A stretch of 64,000 bases of DNA from Antedon mediterranea (Eukaryota > Animalia > Echinodermata): contig NC_092677.1 of NCBI RefSeq assembly GCF_964355755.1, positions 1,076,101-1,140,100 on the forward strand, in the 5' to 3' direction. Positions 28,101 to 40,822 of the stretch are shown in pieces. The position numbers and the translations under genes were made by a program. Each line of letters begins with the position of its first letter. Position 1 is the first letter of the stretch. The notes beneath the pieces were generated by a model. It had not been told where the DNA came from, did not search any database, and worked only from the letters and a program-made list of their open reading frames with translations.

Positions 28101-31100
28101 TATTTTTTGAACAAAAAAACATCTGTATTTCGGTTAAATTGTTTTTTTTCCCGACTAATTTTTGGTGAAAGTTAAAAACTATTATGATACTTCAAAATGA
28201 CCACATTTTATTCAAAATAAAAAAAAAAAATTTTTTTTTAATTAGTCAAAGGGACAATACATCTTTAATAGATAATATCTGGTTTATGGTTTGCTTATAT
28301 TAAAATGCAGTTTTGGAATGAACACTATGAAATTAGCACAGCTTCTTCTAAAGAAAGTGTACAACAATCTATACAAGATAAGTGCTATATTAAGATTAAA
28401 AATAGAAATTCAGACAGTGTAAGGACCATTGTACAAACTCCTACCATAAATGACTCAACATTAATCAAAATAGTACTAGGATTAGGATACAATAGAATCT
28501 ATTGAAACAAAATTTAAAGCTTTATATTATGGTTATAGTGGAAGGACATAATAGTAATTATATTCATCACTTAAGTTATTTGAAGCATATTTGGATGGAA
28601 GTTAACGGACTTGATTAATAATACTGTACTGCTAGATAGTTCTTAATTTTGCTATAAAAACAAACCAATACTTTAAGCTAAACAGTTGTGCATGCACCAA
28701 TATTTAATTAGCTTTTAAACACATTGCAGTAGTTTAAAGCACTATTAATACTTATAAGAAATATTTACAGTACCATTTTGCATAGGTACAGTATATCGTT
28801 TATCATTCAAATCACACTACAGTCAAAAAAATATATACTATACAATGTGTTTAACTTGAGACAACAATTGTTTTTGAACACCAGTAACTAATGCCTGAAA
28901 TAAAACTGGAGGTCCCAAATTATACAAAAACACTAACTTTTTATTTTGTAGAACCAGACAATGTTATACTTTAAAACATTTATTGCTTTGAATAATACTG
29001 TACAACCAAATGGTATGTATACAATCTAGTATAATAATTAATAGGAAAGTTGTAGTGACTATTAGTAAACTTAATAATTAGTTTTCAATAATTCTAAATT
29101 CCATTTATTGGACAAGCTTCCCAAATGTATACTAATAAGAGTAAGAACTTGTACTGGAAGTGTGTAATGATAGCATATAAAATAAAGCATATTATTAAAA
29201 TACAGGAGCAGGTCCAGGGGTAGGAGCTACTATAGGCACCAATGTGTGATCCAACAGTTTTCAGAACACAAATAATTCAACAATACAGTACAATCATCAA
29301 CATAAACATGATTATGAAACTGTTATGCCTCTCCTTTGTAGGCACCTCGGTCATACTGTCACAAAGTCCAAATCTGCTCCTGTATTCAACTATGTGTGCT
29401 ACTAACTACATGTATTTATACATGAAATCTATTACACATACTACTTACGTGGTGGTTCTGTTGTTTTAGGAGTAGTAGTCAACACTGAAAATCAAATTTT
29501 ATTTGATATAACTAAAACTAACATCTACAGTGGTGGATCCATAATTCACTATTCAAATTTGGCAGTGACATGTTTAAAGAACAATTTGTCTACTGATTGC
29601 AAAACTCTTAACTGGGTTCCATGACCTTTACATCATCATCATTTATATACATTTTCATATCCAAATCAAGAAAGTGCTTTTGTTTGCCATGAAGAAATCT
29701 TTCATCAAAATAAAGAAAGTTGTTTTTTTTTAAATTTTATACAAATTTGTTCTGAGAAAAGAATACAAGAATTACTGTCGGCCTAAAATAATTTTTTAAA
29801 CTTTATTTACTAAAACAATTTTGTTTCTCTCTCTAATTGTAATTTCATAATTATTCACCAAAAAAATACATGAAGAATAAATCTGTTCAGTGAAGCTTAA
29901 CAATGAATCAGGACATTGAGCAATAAGAAATTCAAATTACAAAACTAATACTGTAATTAGCATTTATTTTTACACAAAAAATAAAATGCAATGATACTGT
30001 ATAGTGTCAAATCACAATATGATTTCAATGGTTTCAAAATAATACTTGTACCAATGTACAGTATAGTTTAACCTGGTATACTGTATACAATACATAAATA
30101 GACAATGAATAAAAACACACCAAAACAACAAAAGCTTTGATTAGTGATGAAATACTTTCTGTATGATTTCAAATGAATAATTTGAAATGTTATTTAATAT
30201 TAGTAATTTGTACTTACGTTCCAATGTGAGTTTAGCAGTATTACTAAGTTTTCCGTTTGTTCCACTGTAAGCAGCATTCTCTGCTCTACACTGATACATT
30301 CCTTCATCTTCTTCAACAATGTTATTAATCGTTAATGTTGCATCAGAAGACGGATACTTGTCTGTATTAGAAACACCAAGTGGATTGCCATCTTTGATCC
30401 ATGTTGTGACAGTAATTGGTGTTGGTAAACCTTCAAGTTTAGTACATGTAAATGTCGCTGTTTTATTTAATGTGGCATAGAATTCTACTGGTTGCAAATC
30501 TGGTACTTCAAGATCTGAAATGGCAAAAATTATACTGTACAGTTCTTGGATAATCATTTGTTTAGAATTACACAATTGACATTTCTACCAATTAGTTTAC
30601 TACTACTAATACAGTAATTGTTAATGTTTAGTACTCTTTGACAATATAACACATACATAGGATATTGAATATTCATTTGGTTCTGATGTAAATAACATCC
30701 CTGCATTATAATTTAATAATTTAAATATCATACATTGTTTTAAAGATTAAATTTGTAAATTATATACCGTACATTATACTCTAAAAAGCAAACACATCAA
30801 TTGGGAAGTAAATTACCATCATACCACTGAAATAGATGATGATACTTTTTTATTTTTATCCAAATTATTGGTTTCATTTTTTTTTCTGATTGTGAAACTT
30901 ATGATTCAAAGATGAAATTAAAATTACTGTACTAACTGACATGTATTGTACAGTACCTGAAATAAACATATTTAAATAAATTTAAAAAAATCCTTTTTAC
31001 TATTAAAAATACTCACAATAGACTGTGAGATTAGCAAAGTTTTCAGCACTATTTCCACCAACGGTGCTAACGCTACAACGATAGTTGTCTGCGTCACCTC

Positions 31101-31770
31101 TCACAACATCAGTTATTATAAGATTATCATTGGACAAACTGTATCGATCATTGTTTGGTTGTCCTGTAGTGACAAGAGCACTTCCTACTGCTTGTCCACT
31201 GTCGTCAGCTTTTGCCCAAGCCAGTTGTAGCAATGAATCATTTGGTTCAAGTGTATAAGTACACGTCATTGTTGCAGCTTCATCAACTTTTGCTGTACCA
31301 GCATCCACTGTCACTTGTGTTTGTGCACATGTATCTGAAACTAAATTAAGAAATTAAATTAATAATTACAACTTATTTTATTAGTTTATTGAAAATAATG
31401 TTCCTTTTAATACTAAAGCTTGGTTCCCACAAAGCAAAGTAATGTAAAGTAGGCAAGTGAGTTGACCAATCACAAGTGACAGTTCGGATGACGCTTTTCG
31501 TCATGATTGGTTAAATTACTAATGGTGGGCATATATCGTTGTTGCGTTGTGTACAAGAGGACCAAAAACTTCAGTAGTAAACAAACTAACATAATATTTA
31601 ATATGATAAAAGAGGGATTTGAGATAAAGAAATTCAAAGAATTCAAAATTTGCAACAGCACTGGTCTCTTTTGTTTTCAATTTTAACAATGTATTGAATG
31701 ATTTAATGTACTTACCAAACATCAAAAGCAACATGATTAAACACTGATGATACATTACATTTATAGTCAT
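19101..31770 (-). CDS. IgSF inhibitory receptor gene 3 (leader-V-I-mucin-like stalk-TM-2xITIM+ITSM). Exons 31770-31716, 31334-31017, 30514-30218, 29484-29449, (27557-27504 possible), 25598-25551, 24811-24752, 24106-24085, 21852-21672, 19217-19101
   Basis: Leader MTINVMYHQCLIMLLLMF. V and I exons are in the ORF track. Stalk LTTTPKTTEPP / FVPTDPPESVNGGLI; TM GGVVSAVSVVLVFIGIFVCY. Tail KGIACFKTPAC...DDDVTYAQVQK...PDA-NAELTYVEVDH...PETTYSSVQPSIKR*. Intron phases are all 1 until after the TM exon, then 2 and 0, and all are consistent. Confidence 0.85.
19471..20352. repeat. Minisatellite, 40-bp unit x 22, in the last intron of gene 3
   Basis: atgtctacgtgttacttcctagagggatccaagcaagtct repeated head-to-tail with only point variants and no spacers. 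Confidence 0.97.
20415..20852. mobile_element. MITE-like element with an approximately 60-bp inverted repeat
   Basis: ttttaattcataaaccgaacttcaactaaatcaccgactaaatcagg (about 20415-20476) is the reverse complement of about 20790-20852. Confidence 0.7.
22565..22870. repeat. Low-complexity (GAT)n and (CAC)n tracts in an intron
   Basis: Imperfect trinucleotide runs. Confidence 0.7.
27719..28264. mobile_element. Non-autonomous TIR DNA transposon with TTAA target duplication (Kolobok-like); second copy at 55193-55736
   Basis: TTAA|agatgtattgtccc...gggacaatacatct|TTAA. The internal sequence is nearly identical between the two copies. Confidence 0.85.
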
Positions 31771-33732
31771 ATTGCAGTAATTCTTCTGTTGAAATATCCT
31801 GGAATAAAAAATGTTAAATACAGTTCTATACTGTATTATATAAACAGAAATATTCAAGTTGTAGCTGTATACAGTTATACAGCAGAAGTGAGCACCTGGC
31901 AGGAGAAAGGGGCTGCCTATCTATGTTTTTATGGCCCTGAACGGAGGGACTAGCTAGGCCTAGCTAGGCTAGGCCTACTATTTAGGGCCTAAATTGAAAA
32001 AAAAATTAGTTTTGACCCCTTAGAATTGTAGGCCTAACTACCTACCGGTACTAGAGGCCGAGGCCTAGTAGCTAGCCTAGGCGGATGCTAGGCCTAGCCT
32101 AGGCTAGACGGGAATCACTTTTGTTGTACTTAGCTAGGCTAGTAGGCTAGGCTAGGCCTAGGCCTACATAAAAATAAAATAGTTGGATATCCCTATATTT
32201 TATTAACTTAAGTAATATGTGTCCGGAAAAAAAGAAAACTACCTATCCAAATAAAAATCAGCTTTCAGTTTGAGTGTTTAGCCTAGCTAGCTAGGCCCGA
32301 TCGACGACCGATGCGATGATGATAAAGCAGGCAACCAGGAGAGGCCAGTTAGGGAGCATGCAGCAGCAGCAATCTCGACTATCGAGTGACCAAACCCATT
32401 TTATGGAACGCCCACAGAGACAAACTAATTTGTGTATCAATCTCAAAAACCTCAAAAGGATGTCATTGACGTAGTCTAGCTTCCAGACTGAGTTTTGACC
32501 TAATATTAGCAAAAAGATTGGCACATATGGCGTTTCATTCGTATACTACTAAGCTTGTAAACTATCAGATACTATTCGAAATAAAAAATATAAATAAAAA
32601 AGACAATAAATATAGACTTGGGTTGGGGCAAGTCTATCGTCGACGATGAAATTCTTCTTATATTGTCAATGCAATATAAAATACATAAAAGATACGATAA
32701 ATTCGTTTTGGTTAGTTAGTTATGGATCCCTGCTGCATCATGTCATACCACCAACCTGGGAATATTTCAATCTCATTAAATTAATTCCCAATAATAATGA
32801 TTCGAAGTTGTTGATAAGTTGAGGCATAGAGGTATTTATACCTGCATGGTTGGAGGGATGTATATGTTCGATGAATGTTTTAATCATGTTATATGGTAAA
32901 TAGGCCTACATTTTCTTTTGAGAGAGCTTCATACACACGGCCCGCAATTTTTTAGGGCTGATGCTCAGTTTGTTGATGCTCTGTTTTCATGGTAGCCTAA
33001 CAAAATCAAGAATGAAACATTTAAATACAAAGTTATAAGAAACACATATAAACATAAAATGCATAAATAATTCAAAATTATTGTAATTACGTACGATAGC
33101 TGGTTTACGTTAAAAAAAAACATGATCATTTGTTCCTCCGTCATCATCACGATTAGTATCACCGATCATCAACAAAATATATAGGCCTATCTACCTATTC
33201 ATCTTTTATTCTTTACCAAAACAATGTGGTTGTTAAGGCATTAAGACACAACCAATACGGAGTTCAATCAATTTATTTTGCACTTAAATAATTAATAAAT
33301 TATAAATACATGAATAAAAACTGTATAGGCCTATTAATAATAAATAATAATATTTTAATAAAAATGGAGAGGTAAACACGCATACCAAATACGCTGTCGA
33401 GTAAATTCTTATGTTTAAGTTAATCTAAGATAAATAAAAAAATGCCGTAAATGAGATGCAAAAGAGAAAGATGTATATATTGTAGATCAATTTTGAAATC
33501 AGTATCTTTATAAAACAGTTAATCATCGTAATTAGGAATACGTTTTGTTGAGGAGTGCGGTAAAAACAAAAATTAGACGGGAGAGAGCGTAACAACAGTA
33601 AACGATGAGGGCGCATGTAATTCAATTTTATTCAATCAATTGAGGCCTACTTTCAAAATCTCACAGAGTGACAAGGAAGGGCAACTTCGATTTATATTCC
33701 ATATTCGCTATACTAGTAATTCTGTCTGTGTG

Positions 33733-36700
33733 ATGATGACTTTTTGTTTGCTGCTATTTTTTCTTGTATTTGGTAAGTACCAGGCTGTAACTAAGAAAAC
33801 ATTTGATTTTCAATTTTTGGTATATACACATTTAAAATCCTCATATAGTTTATACGTAGGTAGGCCTTATAGTACGTACCTTTCCGTCATTGTTTGAGAT
33901 ACAAATAATCATCATGCATGTTATTTCCGGATTTATAGAGGTGGTTCTAACTTAGGTTAACAATTATAAAAGTAAACTATTAATTACAAAATCTTGGAAT
34001 TTGCCGGACCACTGGTTTGGTTTGTGTGAGAGCCCAGAACAGAAAACACAATAATAATAATGTTAAATTTACTAAAGCGCAAAATGCAGGACACCTAAGC
34101 GCTGAACAATCAACGGAAGAAAGAAGAGCAAAAACTAAAGAAAATGCAATTTAAAAAGGTGGGATTTCAGGAGTTGTTTGAATGCTGTGAGTGATTCAGC
34201 ATTCCTGATATTGGAAGGGCGTTCCACAGAACAGCCGCTGACCATGAAAAGGCACGTTGTCCATAAAATTTTGTTAAAGGCTGTGTAGGTATAGGCCTGA
34301 GTAAAATCTCAGATGATGAAAGTAATGAGAAGAATTTTAAACATTTTCTCTTCTCAACTGGCAACCAATGTAGATGTTGCAATACTGGTGTTATGTTTTG
34401 ACATATTGGGATGCGAAGAACCAGACGGGCAGCAATGTTCTGTCTCTGAAGCCATTTCTAAGTTAATAAACGTACATAAATCTCCTGGACCTTACAATAT
34501 TTCTCCTTCACTTCTTAAATTAGCTGGTCCTGTTATCTCTTCATATCTTACTAACATCTATATCACTTTCTCTTGGCCAAGTTCCACATGATTGGAAAAG
34601 GGCTAATGTTGTACCAGTTTTCAAATCAGGTAATCGTGCAACACTTAAAAACTATCGACCTATTTCTCTTTGCTCTATTCCTTGTAAACTCTTAGAAGGA
34701 CTTCTTTCTACCCATATTAACACTCACTTAACTAATATATGTTATATATATATATATTGCTCAAGTCTCCCAACTTTACCATCACCTTGCTTCTAATCTT
34801 GATAAACGTAATTCTCATAAAACCGATGATATATTTCTGGATTGGTCCAAGGCCTTTGATAAGATTTCTCATACTCTTCTTCTTCAAAAAATTCACAACT
34901 ATGGTTTCTCTGTGGCTCTACACTTAATTGGATTTCCTCTTACCTAATTGGTCGGTCACAGAGAGTGCTTTTTAATGGTTCCTCCTCCAATTGGGCCCAT
35001 GTAACATCTGGGGTTCCACAGGGATCTCTACTAGGCCCTTTGTTATTTAATATTTTTGTTTCGGATCTTTCCTCTACTCCTCAATCTAATATTCTCCAAT
35101 ATGCTGATGACACTGTTGTCTTCAAGAATATTCAATCTAACTCTGATTCCCTTATCCTACAATCTGATCTTGACAATATTCTTTCTTGGTCCAACGTAAA
35201 TAAAATGTCACTTAACATCAATAAATGTAAAGTTATGCACGTTTCTCGCTCTCGAAATCCCACTCTCTACCCTTAGGCCTATACTCTTAATGATATCTCT
35301 CTATCTCTAACTAACAGCCATAAATACCTTGGCATTCCCCTTAATAGTACCCTTTCCTGGCACGACCACATTTTAGCTGTTCACTCTTCTGCCTCCAGGA
35401 CTTTAGGATTTATCCGTCGTACTGTTGGTACCAATGACTCTCATTCTCTTCTTCTGCTTTACAAATCCTTATGTAGTCCGATTCTGGAATATGGTGCTCC
35501 TGTGTGGTTTCCACATTTGGCTTCCCATCTTAATCTCCTTGAAAAACCTCAACGCATTCTTACAAGATACTTTTTTCCAGGTAAACACTTCGAACGTCCT
35601 ACTTACGCCAAAAGATTAGCTCTCCTTCATCTTCCTTCTTTGGCTTCTCGGATTGATTTCCAAACTATTATCTTTGTTGTCAAATGTGTATACACTATTA
35701 TTGATCTCGATGTTTCTTCTTTTTTTTCTCCTATTTCTCGTCACAAATTATTAATTTATTTTTTCTCGTCATTTATTTTATATTTTTATTATATTTTATT
35801 TATGTTAAAGGAAAGTCTTTAAACAGCGATTTGGGTTCGCTTGTGACAATCCTGGCTTTTTGTTTCATTATATATTTTTATGTTTTCTGTTGTAATTGTA
35901 ATGAGCCGATATTGAATAAATCAAATCAAAAACACGTTGAACCACGCGATAGCTTTAGCTGAAAGCCCACAAAGAAGAGAGTTGCAAGAGTCTAGCCTGG
36001 ATGAAACAAATGCATGGACCATGAGTATTTCTGTCGATTTAGGGTCTAAATACTTTCGAACATGTCAAATCTTGCGAATGGAATTCATTGCAGATTTGCA
36101 CACTTTGTCAACATGAGCAGACAAATTGAAGATGGGGTAATCAAAGAGTTACCAATTTTAAAAGAGAGTATCCAGTCTGAAGGTCAGATAGCGAGACGTG
36201 AAATGAATCAATTCAGTCTTGGCATCGTTCAGTACAAGCATGTTATGTGTACACAATGATTTGATTTCGGCGATGCAAGTTTCAAGCTTTTTCACAGCCC
36301 TTTCACGATCTTTGGGCTGGAATGCAATATAGGGCTGGGTGTCGTCAGCATAGACCATGAACTGCACACCATGTGCGGCAATGATGTCTTGTAATGGGGC
36401 GGTGAACAGGATGAACATATGCTAATTGGACCGATGACAGAGCCTTGAGGGATGCCAAAATTAATTGGAACTGGATCAGACATTGTAGAGTTGATTTCAA
36501 TGGAGTAAGTTCTGCCATTTAGGTAAGATGAAAACCAATTTATAGCAGAGTACCGTTAATACCGTAACGTGAGAAAAGGCGACGTAGGAGCTGTGAATGG
36601 TCTATAGTATCAAATGCAGCACTGAAATCGAGGAAGACAAGCAGCACATCCATGCGTTTATCCACAGCAGTCAAGATGTCATTCTGTACTCGCAGTAATG

Positions 36701-39700
36701 CAGATTCTACACTATAGCCTCGACGGTAAGCTGACTGTCTAGGAGCGAATAGATTATATTCCTCAAGATACGATTGCAGCTGTTTAGTGACGACCCTTTC
36801 AATGATCTTTCCCAGGAAAGGGAGGTTTGATATTGAACGATAACTTGATAGCTCTTCGGTGCTAAGGGATTGGCCCTTCAACAATGGAATAATGCTAGCA
36901 TGTTTGCGAGAAGATGGAAAGACGCCAAAATTCAATGATGCGTTCACTATCTTTGTTATGGCTGGTAAGAGCGTTTGGATGCAGGAACGGTAAATGGTAA
37001 GATGTAGAGGGTCTTGAGAGCAGGAAGTGATGTTAGATGAATTAATGATTTTGTAAATGAATTTGTTAATGAAGTTGGAAGATTTGTTAATTGGTGTGAA
37101 GATATGAACTTAATACTTAATATTACTAAAACCAAAGAGATGATAATAGATTTTCGTAAAACTGCAGTTGAACATAATGTAATAACTATTAAAGGAACCG
37201 AGGTTGAAAGAGTAACCCAATACAAATACTTAGGTACTATAAATGACAACAAATTAAAATGGGAGTCAAACTCTCTCATGATTTCCAAGAAGGCATCTCA
37301 AAGGCTCTACTTTCTCAGAAAACTCAAGCAAATTAGAGTTGATAACACTATTTTAATTCTATTTTATCAAAGTATTATTCAAAGTATTTTATCTTTTAGC
37401 ATTGGATGTTTTTATGGTAACTTTACTGAAAATGATAAGAAAAATATTGAGAGACCACGTAAAATTGCACAACGTATTATTAAAGCTGATCTTACGCCTT
37501 GTTCATTTATCTATGAAAAGAGTATTCTAAAAAAAGTAAACAATATTATGAAAGACCCCACTCATCCGTTACATTACTGTTATAACTTAAATAGATCAGG
37601 CATTAGGCTACGACCTCCAAGAGCAAATCTTTGTAGAACTAGAAAATCCTTCGCTGTAAATAGCATTCATATTTTTAATTCTAATGTAAGACGTTAATGC
37701 AATTTTTAATAGTTTTACATTTTTAACAGTATTTTTAACTTTTTATCTTGTATTTTTAATCTGTTATTATACTGTACGTTTTTAAATTGTTGCAATATTA
37801 TTGTTTTAATCTACCAAGCAAAGTGAATTTCCATTTTTATGGACAAATAAAATTTCTTGAATCTCTTGAATCTTGAATCTTGAATCTTAAGTACTTCATC
37901 TTCATGAACCGCACTGAACATATTAAAAAAGGAAGTTCTGTATGTTTTTGATTCAGCAGCAATTGTAATTTGTTGTTAATTTGTGGCAATTAAGTTCCGG
38001 TAAAGTCTCTTAACCTTGGATGAGAAAAAGCTTGCAAATGAATCAGCAAGATCTTTAGAGTTGTCATGACTAGGAACAGGGTGAGATGATATTGATGTAA
38101 GTTTGTCTATAACACGGAATAAATTTCTCTGGTCTAAACTCGTTATTATATTACTGTGATAATCAGTCTTTGCTCCGATTAGTAGCAATCTATATTTATT
38201 GCATTGTGCTAAGTAGATTTGTTTATCTATCTCTGATTTAGATTTTTGTTCGTTCTTTTTTTGCAACGCGATGAATATCTGCATACCAAGGTGAATGTGG
38301 ACGTGGGACGTTTCACAGGGAGAGCGTGTGTGTTTAATGTAGAACCTAGAACAATAGAAAGAATGCATTCACTAGAATTGTGATTGTTGTCGTCTTTCTC
38401 ATTTTAATACTTTGAAGAATAATGTTATCAATTAATCAAATTTATTCACCTCCCTTAGGAGAAACATATAAAAACTGTAAAAAAACACATCAAAATGAAG
38501 ATTCACACGAATCATAAAAAGATTAAAATGGTTCAACAAGTTAAATAAAGTGTCAAAATCATTGTGAAAAGGGCAGACTTGTTATATTCAAAAGCAAGTA
38601 AAGTAACTTATTAGTTTCAGATACATGTGCACAAGCGACAGTGACAGTGGATGCTGGTACAGCAAAAGTTGATGAAGCTGCAACAATGACGTGTACTTAT
38701 ACACTTGAACCAAATGATTCATTGCTACAACTGGCTTGGGCAAAAGCTGACGACAGTGGACAAGTAGTAGGAAGTGCTCTTGTCACTACAGGACAACCAA
38801 ACAATGATCGATACAGTTTGTCCAATGATAATCTTATAATAACTGATGTTGTGAGAGGTGACGCAGACAACTATCGTTGTAGCGTTAGCACCGTTGGTGG
38901 AAATAGTGCTGAAAACTTTGCTAATCTCACAGTCTATTGTGAGTATTTTTAATAGTAAAAAGGATTTTTTTAAATTTATTTAAATATGTTTATTTCAGGT
39001 ACTGTACAATACATGTCAGTTAGTACAGTAATTTTAATTTCATCTTTGAATCATAAGTTTCACAATCAGAAAAAAAAATGAAACCAATAATTTGGATAAA
39101 AAGTAAAAGATATATCATCATCTATTGTGATATTCAATTTATTTTGGTGGTATGATGGTAATTAACTTTCCAATTTATGTGTTTGCTTTTTAGAGTATAA
39201 TGTACATAATTTACAAATTTAATCTAAAAAATGTATATATAATATGATATATAAAGTGAAAAGCAATTATAATGCAGGGATGTTATTTACATCAGAACCA
39301 AACGAATATTCAATATCCTATGTATGTATTATATTGTCAAAGAAGAGTACTAAACATTAACAATTACTGTATTACAATTGTAGACATGTCAATTGTGTAA
39401 TTCTAAACAAATGATAATGCAAGAACTGTACAGTATAATTTTGCCATTTCAGATCTTGAAGTACCAGATTTGAAACCAGTAGAATTGCATGCCACATTAA
39501 ATGAAACAGCGATATTTACATGTTCTGAACTTGAAGGTTTACCAACACCAATTACTATCACATGGATCAAAGTTGGCAATCCACTTGATGTTTCTAATAC
39601 AGACAAGTATCCAACTTCTGATGCAACATTGACGATTAATAACGTTGATGAGACAGATGAAGGAATGTATCAGTGTAGAGCAGAGAATGCTGCTTACAGT

Positions 39701-40822
39701 GGAATAGATGGGAAACTTAGTAATACTGCCACACTGTCAATAGGTTGGTGGGAATAAACATTTTAATAAATAATGTATTTTATTAGCATCATTGTATAAG
39801 TATTTTCTGCATGTCATAATTATAAATGGAATATTCATATTACAGTATATTATGTCATGTGGTAACAAAAATAAAGCACAGCGAAAACAGCGATAACTGA
39901 AAGTTTTAGTTTATTAAAGTCATTTTTATAAAATGAACGCATGACGTGTCGGATTATTGCTTGTTTATTTTCTATTTCTTTAGCATTGGCGACAACTTCT
40001 TTTATATCCAGTAAGTCAACTACACGTAGGTTTCGTTTGTTTGCACTGCATTGTAAATTTCCGGGATTTTGAATTTGCGAAAAAAAAGGATAGCAATTAA
40101 AAGGGATATCCCTGCCCCATCCCCATGATCTGTATCATGCCTTAAAAGGGAAAATAATGTCAACAGTACATTATTGTAAACATGTTTAAAACACGGCATG
40201 GTAACACGATCCTTCTGTATTATTTGTTCAGTTTTAAGTACAGAAGTTCCAAAGAGAGAGAATGATTGTAATTCAACTGGTCTTGTTGTTGGAATGACGT
40301 TTGTTGGTGTGCTCATTGGATTCATTCTCTGTTTGCTTGTGTGTTTTATCATCAGCAAAATAAAGAAATCACATGCACAGGTAAAGTATAATTCAGAACG
40401 TAGAACCAAAAGCAAAAGTGTAGACTTAAAATGACCAAAGTTTAATGAAATACCGCACACTTAAGTAATAGAAACTATTTTAACATTAAATATGATTTTT
40501 TATTTTGAAGGTACCGACATCGAAAAACACCAACCAATCAGGGGTAAGGATGTTACTTCAACTTTAAGTATTCAATTTCACTCGTCGTCGTCATCATCAT
40601 CATTATTATCACTATTGCCACCAATATATCAATAAAGGTTTACACGATTTTCATTCTTTTTTTTGCATGCACTAAACTTTTGTATTTTTTTAGCTGCAGG
40701 CGTATATGACTTATACTGGGGAGACAGATAAAGATACAAGCCACACATACCAAGATTTACAGAAGAAAGAAGATAATCAAGCTGTATATGTAAATGTTAA
40801 AGCAAAAAAGGACAAAAAATAA
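33733..40822 (+). CDS. IgSF receptor gene 4 (leader-V-I-stalk-TM-ITAM-like tail). Exons 33733-33772, 38621-38938, 39453-39743, 39984-40010, 40232-40380, 40511-40543, 40694-40822
   Basis: Leader MMTFCLLLFFLVF. Intact V and I exons; micro-exon ALATTSFIS; TM GLVVGMTFVGVLIGFILCLLVCFII. Tail VPTSKNTNQSG-LQAYMTYTGETDKDTSHTYQDLQKKEDNQAVYVNVKAKKDKK*. Confidence 0.88.
34420..35929 (+). mobile_element. 5'-truncated, frameshifted CR1/Jockey-group LINE nested in the L2-like element
   Basis: KSPGP, SGVPQGSLLGPLLFNIFVSDL, YADDT, LNINKCKVMH motifs; 3' tail aataaa(tcaaa)n. Confidence 0.8.
37037..37887 (+). mobile_element. 3' fragment of a Rex/Babar- or L2-like LINE nested in the L2-like element
   Basis: ORF LNITKTKEMIIDFRK...YKYLGT...QRLYFLRKLK...HPLH; (ttgaatc)n tail at 37856-37887. 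Confidence 0.8.

Larger units (their letters stand above)
34060..38370 (-). mobile_element. Degenerate L2-like LINE broken into three pieces (about 34060-34410, 35930-37036, 37888-38370) by two younger insertions
   Basis: Minus-strand RT motifs LDFSAAFDTIDH, GIPQGSVIGP, YADDTQ and the C-terminal LHWLPV...YGQRAFSWSAAVLWNALP, with frameshifts. Confidence 0.8.

Noticed and set aside
40020-40460. Recurrent antisense ORFs over TM exons (also 44255, 46164, 54271, 57786, 62977)
   Set aside because: They are shadows of the duplicated plus-strand TM exon, with inconsistent starts and ends among copies.
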